The notes under the pieces: model-generated
What the model saw: the letters and a program-made list of their open reading frames with translations, nothing else
What the model was told of the DNA's origin: nothing
Database searches by the model: none
Part shown: positions 37,281 to 48,152 of the stretch, piece by piece
How the letters are laid out: each line of letters opens with the position of its first letter
Numbering within the stretch: position 1 is the first letter of the stretch
Position numbers and translations under genes: made by a program
NCBI GenBank assembly: GCA_973895155.1
Contig: OZ316899.1
Location: 14,387,934-14,451,933, forward strand
From: Marsupella aquatica
Taxonomy: Eukaryota; Plantae; Marchantiophyta
Reading direction: 5' to 3'
DNA: 64,000 nucleotides

Positions 37281-40200
37281 TGTTAGAATATATTTAACCC
37301 TTAGTCCATATGATGATACAAAGAGGTATGCAATACCTAGATATAAAGAGACACAAGACTAGGAGAGGGTAGTTACAACTACCCCAATGTACAATATAAG
37401 ATAAGCCACATTGGCTTAAGAGAAATTCAATCATCTTTTGTTGGTGTATGTATATTTCATAGTTTAACACGTTATCAGCACATGATTTTGCTCCTCAAAC
37501 AACTCTCGAGCTACTCATACGCCTCTTGTGAATTTTTCCCTATTCATGTGAACGAAGCATCGAACAAAATTCCCCAAGACACATTTCTTTTCTTTCGCCA
37601 AGTACACCACAAAATTTTCGTCGACTATGACAACATTGGAGAAGCTCCAATTCCCATTGCTCGCAACAGATGGTGACAATTATTTATCTTGGGCACAGAA
37701 TACAGAAATTGTTCTCAACATGAAAGGCCTCGACGACATTATCTTAGCAGATATCAATGGCACATTACAACAAAAGGCTCAGGCACTGTATATCATTCGC
37801 CATCACCTCGCTGCCGAACTACAACTTGAATACCTTACAGAGTTTAATCCCCGAGCCCTATGGGACGCTCTCAAATTGAGGTTCGACCATCTGCGTTTAA
37901 TTTCCCTACTAGCTGCACAAAATGAATGGATTCATTTACGAGTTCTAGACTACCCTACAATTGCCAAATTCAATAGCACCTTATTTCGGATAACTGCTCA
38001 GCTAGCAGCCTACGGCGAACCAATCGATGAAGCAGCAAAGATCGAGAAGACTCTTTCTACATTCTCGGCAGCAAACATGCAGTTATCGCAGATTTATAGA
38101 CAATGCCATTTCACCCAATTCTCAGATTTGATTGCAGTCATGCTCCTGGCTGAAAAGAATGACCTCCTCCTTTTGAGGAACTCTCGCAAGCGACCACTAG
38201 GCATGCTTCCTAAACCGGAAATACAATTCACGAATACCAATAGAGGTAATTCCTCTTACAATCGACCCCGTGGCCAATTTAAAGGCAATCCAAGTCGTTT
38301 TAATAAATTCCACAAGAGACAACAAATTTGCACAGACAAAGGCAAAATCTCCAAGCCTCCCATGAATTCTTGGTATCATAACCCCAACCATATGCCAAAT
38401 AAACCTACACAGAATTATCCCACAAATATTCAGCCCAAGTGTTTCCGTTGCGATGGGACAGGGCATATCCAAAAGAATTGCAGAGTTCAAGCTCACCTAG
38501 TCAAACTATACCAGGCCACCCTCACAACATCCAACACCTTAACAGCCGCACATCACTTGGAGATCGATGACGATCTCTCCAAATACATGCTTGCACCTCC
38601 CCCACCAGAGGTTCATATAGTATCACATGAAGTGAATGACACATCTCTCGCCGGTGCTGATATTTGCATTCTTGACAGCGGCACTTCTCACTCAATCCTA
38701 AAAGACAAATGTTATTTCCAGCACATATACCCATCAAATAGACCTGTGACTACTATCACAGGTATAAACCAATTAGAGGAAGGCCATGGACCTGCCCAAC
38801 TTACCCTTCCTCAAGGCACAACCATTAAAATTGCATCTGCCATATATGCCCCACTCGCGACACGGAACTTACTAAGTTTCCATGATGTCCGCCAAAACAA
38901 TCTCCATATACGCTCTGCACCCGACAACCACATAAACTCTCTACAGATTTTTTGAGAAACTGATAATGGCCCTATCACACTAGAGACATTACCACTCCAT
39001 CCCCCCGGCGTTTATGCCACTAAGATCATGTCTTACAATTCCCAACGACAACAATTATCCCCAACAGAATTATGGCATACCCGCCTCGGCCACCCAGGCC
39101 CAGGGATGTACCATAAAATTATTAAGAACACCATTGGCATACCAAAAGGAGTACACCCATCCACAAAGTTAGACACTTGCATCCCTTGTGCACAAGGCAA
39201 ATTTATCACTCATCCAGCTTCCACTAAGAACACCTATCAAATCCATGACTTCCTCTCACAGATCACTGTGGACGTCTACGGACCTATTGATCCACCGAGT
39301 GGACCATTTAGGTTTTTCCTAGTAATGATATGCTCCTCAACCAAATGGTCCTCTATTTCTTTAATTTCCACAAGAAACCTTGTCTTTGCCAGACTGCTAA
39401 CATAGCTTATACGTCTTCGCACTCAATTCCCTGACTCACCTACCAAAATAATTTGAATTGATAATGCTGGCGAATTTACATCACCAGCATTCGATGACTT
39501 CTGTCAAATCATGGGCATCACAATTCAATACTCAGTACCATATGTACATTTCCAAAATGGTACTGCAGAGGCATTAATAAAACGTTTACAGATGATCTCA
39601 AAACCTATGCTATTACAGACACAACTCCCACTTACAGCCTGGGGACATGCTATACTCCATGGCGATGCACTACTGCAATATAGACCATCGGCTTTTAATA
39701 TTTACACACCACACCAACTAGCATATGGCTCTATACCAGATATTACACACCTGAAAGTGTTTGGCTGCCTTGTTCTAGTACCCATTCTTGGCCCCAAGCA
39801 CACCAAGATGGGACCATAGCGTCGATGTGGCATCTATGTTGGCTACGACTCTCCCTCGATAATAAGGTATCTTGAACCCACCACTGCTGATGTGTTTCGA
39901 GCTCGATACCAGGACTGTAAATTCTGTGAAGAAATCTTCCCACCACTTCTAACTCCAGCACAACTCTCCAAACAGCTTGTCTCAACACACACATTAGAAT
40001 GGACAACAAAGGATCCATTATGGAATGATCCTCGTACTCAATTGACAAACGATGAAGTGAAACGCATTCTGAATCTCCATCAAATTATGGAGAAAATACC
40101 TGACGCATTTAATGATGCTATAAATGTAACAAAATCACATATAGATGCAGCCAATACTCCTACGAGAATTCATATACCAGATACTCGAGCCACAGACCTC

Positions 40201-42271
40201 GCTCCCAAGGCTAAGCAAGACAGACCTTCAGGTTCCAAAGACTCTAGACCATGGCAGAAGACACTTGTATCAACACATTTATCCTTACAATTACCGCCAA
40301 TCATACAGGATGAGAATGAAGAAATATCCATCCACTATATGCATACTGGACATTTATGGCATCGAAATTTAACTGAACCAGATGAGCATTTTGCTTTCCT
40401 TTTATCCCAGGATATAACTAAAGATTTACCAGACCCTCGGACAATTAAAGAAGCACAACAACGACCAGACTGGCCCAAATGGAACTCTGCTATTAACTCT
40501 GAGCTTGATTCTCTGATATCTCGCCAAGTTTTTGGAGAACTCCGAGTCGTCCCTGCTACACAACACCTAACTGGGTATAGGATTATATTGATACGCAAAC
40601 ATAATGCCGCAGGTGAAGTAATCCGCTACAAAGCCAGACTTGTGGCTAGAGGCTACACGCAAATATATGGCAAAGATTACGACCTTACTCATTCACTGGT
40701 CATGGACTCCATTACCTACCGATATCTGATTGCTTTTGCCCTCACACATCAAATTCGTATGCATCTTATGGACGTGGTAACTGCTTACCTTTACGGTATA
40801 CTTGATACTGACATACAAATGCAAGCTCCACCTGAATTAATTCAGAGGGTAATTTTCCACATTAAGGGGGAGCATACAACCTCCCCAACAGGTATACCAG
40901 AAAACTATTAAAACAATTCAACATGGACAAAAGCTATCCAGTCACGACACCTATGGAAATTCGATCTTCAGACACATCCAGAGATCTTTATAAGCGCAGG
41001 ACCGAACACAAACCAATCTTGGGCCCAGAGAAACCTTACCTCTCTGCTATAGGTTCCTTGATGTACCTGGCGAATCAAACTCACCCAGACATCTCTTTCG
41101 CTGTTCACTTGCTTGCCCGCCACAGCTCCCAACCAACTATTAGACATTGGAATGGCATTAAGAGGATACTGCGCTACCTTCAAGGTACAATCGACACTGG
41201 CCTCTATTACCCTAAAGATGTGCCTAACGAATTGATTGGTTACGCAGATGCAGGTTACCTTACAGACCCCGATGATGCAAAATCCCAGACGGGATATGTA
41301 TTTCTACAAGGACATACAGCCATATCCTGGAAAAGTACCAAGCAGACTTTGACGACCACATCCTCCAACCACGCGGAAATCATAGCACTATACGAAGCCA
41401 GCCGAGAATGCCTGTGGCTTTGACAGCTTATCAATCACATCTAGTCGTCTACAGGCCATGCAATTCTTACCAAGCCTACTATCATCTACGAGGATAACAA
41501 GCCTTGTGTTGATCAGATCGTTAAGGGCTTTATCAAGGGCGACCGAATCAAACATATTGCCCCCAACTTTTTCCACACGCATGAACAGCACGGGGACCAA
41601 ATCAATGTTCAATGGATACCTTCTAAAGATAATCGTGCTGACCTTTTTACGAAGCCCTTACCTCGCATTCTCCACGAAGCGCATTCGACTGGAATAGGCC
41701 TCCGTAGATTATCGGACTTCACTGAAATCTGACTTCCCCACCTCTTCCATAAATTTCTTATTCCATTGCGACACGACTGTGTTTCCCCCACGATACCTCC
41801 TCTATTCTATGCATATTCTACTGAACGTATGTTCTCCATACCCGAACATTTTGACACATCCTATCGAACACTCGTTTTGATGCAGCCATACATGATTACA
41901 CTCCTTTCTTACTATTTTTGACTCGTTACATGTAAGGTAGTGACACTCTTTTAACCCCACAAGAAAGCGGGGGGTTTTTAATGAGGTCATACCCCAATGA
42001 GTTTTTCCATTATACTCAGAACTAGGCTTAAATTTATTTCCAAAATGGTTACTTTAAGAAACATAAAGTAACCAAGGGGGAGTGTTAGAATATATTTAAC
42101 CCTTAGTCCATATGATGATACAAAGAGGTATGCAATACCTAGATATAAAGAGACACAAGACTAGGAGAGGGTAGTTACAACTACCCCAATGTACAATATA
42201 AGATAAGCCACATTGGCTTAAGAGAAATTCAATCATCTTTTGTTGGTGTATGTATATTTCATAGTTTAACA
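37281..42271 (+). mobile_element. Ty1/copia retrotransposon (Bianca-like) with 189-bp LTRs
   Basis: LTRs 37281-37469 and 42083-42271 (TGTT...AACA, identical by eye); TSD ATATA; PBS CGTTATCAGCAC at 37470; PPT AAGGGGGAG at 42074. Confidence 0.97.
37627..41732 (+). pseudogene. Copia gag-pol polyprotein (stops, RT core deleted)
   Basis: CFRCDGTGHIQKNC; ILDSGTSH; LWHTRLGHP; IDNAGEF; YKARLVARGY; MDVVTAYLYG; GYADAGY; ISWKSTKQ. The LYGLKQ and YVDD segment is absent near 40890. Confidence 0.93.
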
Positions 42272-42356
42272 ATATAGACTCCAATATGTACAAATGTGAT
42301 CCACTCGGATCAAATAAGAAATAGCAGCCTGCCCCATATGGTCTACACTTTGTGCC

Positions 42357-43823
42357 CTAACACACTAGGCCTCTACTCTGCATACGCTGGTCAACTATCT
42401 GACTTGCTACCAGCTCAAAATGGAGCATGTCATCCCTTCCTCTTTTTGGAACGAGTCCGTGGAGGTGGGAGTGGAGAAGCCTCGGTGAATGTGGTTTGGT
42501 CCATATTGGCTTGGTCCAGGTCGTTTGTCCCAAGTGTAGAGGCAACATGAGGAAGTGGACCAACCCCACCACCACCACCATGGGAAGCCCCTGAGCCATG
42601 AGAGGGCACACCCTCTTCGCTACCTCGGCAAGTATGAAAGGAAGCTGCAGGACCCCCCCCCCACTGGTCCCATCAGCAGTAGAACGTCGTGACTCACCAC
42701 CACCACCACCACTCCCTCCTGACTGGCTAGGGGCACCATGACTAGCCGCTGGAGGACCTGAGTGGTGAGAGACCCCACCACCATCGCCTCCACTCCCTCT
42801 AGACGTGCCAGAGGCACGTCCACCACCCCCAATGCTGCTTGCATGCTGAGAGACACCGCCACCACTGCCTGCACTCCCTCCAGACTGGCCAGGGGCATGT
42901 CGACCACCCCCAGTGATGCCTGCATGCTGAGAGACACCACCACCACTACCTGCACTCCCTCCAGACTGGCCAGGGGCATGTCGACCACCCCTAGTGCTGC
43001 CTCCATGGTGAGAGACACCACCAACACCGCCTGCACTCCCTCCAGACTGGCCAAGGGCATGTCGACCACTCCCAGTACTACCTCTGTGGTGAGAGACTCC
43101 ACCACCACCGCCTGCACTCCCTCCAGACTGGCCAAGGGCATGTCGACCACTCCCAATGCTGCCTCCGTGGTGAGAGACTCCACCACCACCGCCTGCACTC
43201 CCTCCAGACTGGCCAAGGGCATGTTGACCACTCCCAGTGCTGCCTCCGTGGTGAGAGACTCCACCACCACCGCCTGCACTCCCTCTAGACTGGCCGCCCC
43301 TAGTGCGGCCAGAGTGCCGAGACCCTCCACCGCCGGCTGCACTCCCTCCAACCTGGCCACCCCTAGTGCCGCCAGAGTGGCCAGAGCCTCCAGAGCCACT
43401 CCCAACTACGCCTAACTGCTGAGAGCCTCTAGAACACCCTTCCCCGTGGGGCTCTAATCGGCGAGACCCACCAACAACATGTCGTGCAACAACATGTTGC
43501 AGGCCCTGAGTGTCAGCTCTACCACCAACCCCTGATTGGCGTCGGCCACTAGAACCAACCCCTATGGCTCTCGACTGGTGTGCGCTAGGGGCCCGACTAG
43601 CACCACCTCTGCCGGCCCTACTTCGTGATGCTGGAACACCATGATCCTCACCCCGTCGAGTCGAGTGGCGAGGACCACTAACACCGTCCCTAACTGCTCC
43701 AGACCGGCGAGATGTGGATGCAGCCACAATTGCCTCCTCTGGGCCCAACGACTCTACATCTGAATCGTCCGCCCCTGAGCCCTCCTCCGAGTCCTCACCC
43801 TCCAACCCCTCCTCCTCTGAGCC
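42357..43823 (-). CDS. Gly/Ser/His-rich repetitive ORF; probable terminal exon within the CACTA element
   Basis: 482-codon open frame; TGTAG acceptor at 43824 in phase 0; acidic start followed by 27-aa repeats. Confidence 0.5.
   Translation of the reverse strand, partial: GSEEEGLEGEDSEEGSGADDSDVESLGPEEAIVAASTSRRSGAVRDGVSGPRHSTRRGEDHGVPASRSRAGRGGASRAPSAHQSRAIGVGSSGRRQSGVGGRADTQGLQHVVARHVVGGSRRLEPHGEGCSRGSQQLGVVGSGSGGSGHSGGTRGGQVGGSAAGGGGSRHSGRTRGGQSRGSAGGGGGVSHHGGSTGSGQHALGQSGGSAGGGGGVSHHGGSIGSGRHALGQSGGSAGGGGGVSHHRGSTGSGRHALGQSGGSAGGVGGVSHHGGSTRGGRHAPGQSGGSAGSGGGVSQHAGITGGGRHAPGQSGGSAGSGGGVSQHASSIGGGGRASGTSRGSGGDGGGVSHHSGPPAASHGAPSQSGGSGGGGGESRRSTADGTSGGGVLQLPFILAEVAKRVCPLMAQGLPMVVVVGLVHFLMLPLHLGQTTWTKPIWTKPHSPRLLHSHLHGLVPKRGRDDMLHFELVASQIVDQRMQSRGLVC
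42760..43400. repeat. 81-bp tandem repeat (about 7 copies)
   Basis: GAGAGAC[A/T]CC recurs at 42848, 42929, 43010, 43091, 43172 and 43253. Confidence 0.92.
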
Positions 43824-44529
43824 CTACATATATCCAAATAGCAATCCAATTAGTGTATGCTCCATCTTAGCACAGAATTTTCATCAACCAATTAGACATT
43901 GCATTCATAGGATTGTCCATACCGAACCCAACTCCTCCTCCATGTGAATTTTGAGAGCTCACGGTCCGTGCTTCTTAGCCAACTCCCTCTCATCTGGTAA
44001 GATTGGCCGCCCATGCTCACGCTCCTACACCCCACACAAAATGGCCCCAACATCAAATTGTCCCCCATTAGTCCCTCCCTATCACACCCCAAGTAGTCCC
44101 ACATCCTCACACCCCCAAATACATGTACAATGGCCTTTGGATCCTACTAAGAAATCTACCAAGGATTACCGATAAAAATTCAAATTATCCGATTACCCAA
44201 GTATCGGACCCCTCGTGCTAAAATATTGGATAGACTGTCCGAATGTTGATCCGATACTGATACTATCGGATCATAATCGGACCCCAATTTCAAAAAAAGG
44301 TGTGATAACACTTCCGATTATGGGTCCGATACCGACAAAATCGGACCAGTATCGGAAAGACGGCCCAGGAAAGAAAAAATACAGTGTCGATAGCGGGTCT
44401 GACTTGCAGGTCTCGCCTCGACAATAAGAAGGGACTAGCTTTGGGTCGGGGCTCTTTAGGCATACACAAGCCTCAGGTGATCAGGCAAATTGAGGTGAGG
44501 AGCTTGGAGAGAGGAGGGGGAGTACTTAC

Positions 44530-45568
44530 AAACTCTGCCTTGAGACGCTGCGACCCACCCTGCCCCATCCGGTGAGTGATTACTGGCCTATTGTCAACTT
44601 GAAGCAATGCTTTTAGGATTTGTGAGGGAGGGTCTCCAAGCTGAACTGATCTTGCTTCCCAATGCTGCAGGTTGCTCTGAGCATGGCGGGTGTCAACAGT
44701 CTCCCCTGCTTGGGCCTTGATGGCAAGCTCTTCTAATTCGGCCTGCCAGTACCGTCTTGCCTGCCAAGCTCAAACTTGTAGCTCGGTCTCGATCCAAGCT
44801 GCCCATACATCTGGTGGTAGATCAACTGGGCACCCCCTCTGCCTGATCACCTCCTCATTTTCCTTGCATTCACCAAGGTATTTCCTGAGCTTCTCCCTGA
44901 CATGGTTCCTTCTGTCTGCAAGTGAGAGGCTGATTTTTTGATTCAAGAACCTGTCATCAAGGAATGATCCATTGGAAAACCTCTCCTTCACCTGCTCACA
45001 AACTCTAAATTTCTCCTATTCATTTTGCTTCCCCCAGTAGTCTAACACCCCAAAATGGGATCTAAGTACCTGCCCAAGCTGACTCCTGAAGAGATTATAG
45101 CTCCTGGCCTTGGGAGCTCCTCCACTATTCAAAAACAGCTTTGGCCGCTTGCTTCGCTCCTCTGCTTGCTGTTTCTCCTCCTCTGCTCTCTTCCTCTCTG
45201 CAGCCCGTGCTTCTTTACGCAGGGCTTTCTCTCTGTCTTGGTGAGAGGGCCTCTGCAGGGATGCTCCGCTTCTCATCCCTTCGCTTCCTCTTCTTTTCTT
45301 TCTCCCTTTGCTGCCTTTCCTCGAATGCTTTCTCAGCTTCTGAAATAATTGTGCCCTTTGAAGAGTCAATCAATCCCTGTGTCAATGCAGCAACCTGCTG
45401 CGCAACTTCTATTGAGAGCCCTATTTGCGTTTGAAAAATGGCTGTCATAATGTCCCCAAAGTTTTGAGATGGCCCGGCTCCATCTCCTGTAGATCCTCCG
45501 GCTCCCCCGGCTGCTCCGGCTCCCCCGGCTCCACCTCCTGCCCCTCCATTGTTCCCCTCCATAGCCAT
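44530..45568 (-). pseudogene. TnpA/Ptta-like (Transposase_24-like) exon, divergent from the transposase gene
   Basis: Joined frames give ...RRNHVREKL...CPVDLPPDVWAAW...NRPVITHRMGQGGSQRLKAEF followed by a GTAAGT donor at 44529; one frameshift and two stops. Confidence 0.6.
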
Positions 45569-46537
45569 AAGCTCCTCTCGGCCTTCAATTCCAGTTCACG
45601 ACCACGCACTTCCCCGGCTTTTGCCAAAGAAAACATCTCTTGACGCTCTTTCGATGCAAAGCCCGACTAAGAAGGAGTGGCACTTTGGTCGGGAAACCTA
45701 AAACCTGTCCGACTATGGATCCGATTCTTACTGCATTGGAACAAGCGATGCTGTAATTATCGGAAATATAGTGGATGTCCGATTCTTACAGCATCGGACC
45801 CCTCTTGTTAATTCCTTGTATTACTCATGTCCGAAGTCTTTTCCGATATAATAACTATGGCAATTAATTTGGTTGTATGTTTGATGACCCTATGTTGGTT
45901 CTATGTGTTTAAGCAGGGTTTTAGGGATAGGGTGGACCATTGGAGCCGCGGTCCCTTCTCATTGTGTGGTTTGGAGGTGGTTGGTATGTATAGATGTTGC
46001 GAGTTGTATTTGAGAGTTGTTTGGTATTTACATTGTGACATTTTGGGGGCAAAATATGGATTCACCTAGCTAGCTAACCTTATGCATACAATGACATGCC
46101 AAATTTTGCAGTTCTTTTTTGCAGAGGGTTAAGTCACTCAGTTTTTGCGGAGGGTTAGGTTGCTGAGCTTTTTTGGGGGTCCATTTTTGTAATGCATCAT
46201 GCACAGCGAGAGCCCGCACGTCTGAAAGGTATGGTTGGACCACTCTAAAATGTTGGGAGGTGCCCGGCATAGGTCGGCCCCCTAGCCAACTATAATTATG
46301 GTCATACAGAGGTTAATTATTGATCTTGTTACACACTAATTAAGTTGAAGTGTTCTTGTGCAGTAATTTCAGACTTGTCTTAGCATATAGTCTAAGGCCA
46401 AGATCCTAGTTGGCACTGCAGAGCGCGGGTCTCATTAAGGTATTATTGATTTAAACATTTTTTTGTTTTGCCTTAAGACATATATATGTAAATAATTGTC
46501 ACAATGGTGCAGATTCTAAAATATAGTGACATTGTGT

Positions 46538-47989
46538 ATGGATGATGGGCAGATGTCCAGTTCTGGGAGTTCTGAGTCGGACTCAGACTCAACCTCGTCA
46601 TCTTCTGAGGGGGACGTTCCTCCTCCCCCTCCTCGGACTCAATGTCCTCCTCCTATAGGACCTATTCCATGTTGGTGTGTTAGATGTAAAGGCATGGTGG
46701 TTCGTCAAGCCTGGGAAGCCATTGAGCACATTGAGAACTATGGCCGACATGAGGGTGATTTACCTGGATATTCTGCTCGCCAGGTATGCATCATTTATTG
46801 CGCTTGGAGACATTGATATGCACAAGTTGTAACATTGCACCCATACATTTATTAATTGTTGGTATTTTTTGTGATTGAATAGGTGCCTCGTAGGACCCCT
46901 CCTCCATTGGTCTCTAATGACTTATGGGTAAACACACTTTTGGCTGGTGCAAGAGAGTTGCTAGCAGCATCATCAGATCCCCCTCAATGTAGCCTCCCTT
47001 GTGTTGATCTGGAGACTATACCAGTTCCATCTAGGGTTGGTCACACCCGAGCACGTTCCCAAAGACAACGGCATCGTTATGAACCCTTGGGTGTGCATGA
47101 GACCGAGGACCAAGTTTTGCACCATACTCATAGAGTACCGCCAAGAGAGGACTATGTGGAAGTGGAAGGGAGGTTGGGGCTTTCATATGTCACTGGGAAG
47201 GCATTGACAGTCTTGAAGGATTTCTCATCTGAGAGATTCAAAATACCCCCTGGCCTAACCACTGACACTCCTATCCACATATGGGGTCACCAATGGATAG
47301 TGAAGGCATCCTCCCTTGGTCCTGACATAGGATTTGGCGTATTTGCCTTGGAGGACATTTTGGTCCGTGCAAAGCCATGGCCCCGAGGTTATGATGGGGA
47401 GCACCTATTTCCATATATTGGTCCCGTATACACTTCAAAAAGTTGGAACATTCTATTGCGCCAACACCCATCTTGGGGTGTCTATGCATCACCAATGGAT
47501 AGTGAAGGCATCCTCCCTTGGTCCTGACATAGGATTTGGCGTATTTGCCTTGGAGGACATTTTGGTCCCTGCAAAGCCATGGCCCCAAGGTTATGATGGG
47601 GAGCACCTATTTCCATATATTGGTCCGGTATACACTTCAAAAAGTTGGAACATTCTATTGCGCCAACACCCATCTTGGGGTGTCTATGCATTGCAAATGG
47701 ATTCTGATCCAGATGAGGTCATACGGAGGCCTTGGCATTCTCGGATGATTGATGGGGACCCTGTTCGCTCCGACAACATAGCCGGGTACATCAATAGTAC
47801 TCGTGGGAGAGGGAGAGGACTTAGGCCTAATGTCGAATATTTGGTCCACCTAGAGAGCCTTATTATGTAAAACACATGGATGACCATGTCATGACTGTAG
47901 CCATTACAACCATTAGGGCTGGCGAGGAGTTGTTTTGCGACTATGAGTGGGATGCTCCCAAGAAAGCATTGTTTTCTCGCCCTGTGTAG
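46538..47989 (+). pseudogene. SET-domain protein gene: exon 46538-46783 plus exon 46883-47989
   Basis: GFGVFA, PYIGPVY, IAGYINS...PN and AITTIRAGEELFCDY in canonical SET order; GT-AG intron 46784-46882 in phase 0; AATAAA at 48070; disrupted by a 202-bp duplication and one frameshift near 47842. Confidence 0.8.
47288..47691. repeat. 202-bp tandem duplication frameshifting the SET exon
   Basis: CACCAATGGATAGTGAAGGC at 47288 and 47490; few differences between copies. Confidence 0.95.
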
Positions 47990-48152
47990 GGCAGACATGT
48001 ATATACCACCTCTTTTGTTGAACAAAAATACATGACCATGGTTTCCAAACAAATTTGGTTCTTTGTATAAATAAATCCTAAACCCTAAACCCTAAAACAC
48101 TTGTCTCATTGTGGGTCTCTTCTAATATTTATGTATGTTTGTGAACTGCTAG

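Noticed and set aside
42620-43415. Overlapping 261-aa (-) and 217-aa (+) ORFs
   Set aside because: Alternative frames stay open only because the stop-poor 81-bp unit is a multiple of 3.
48080-48096. AAACCCTAAACCCTAAA as a telomere remnant
   Set aside because: Only about two units; such telo-box-like motifs are common in plant non-coding DNA.
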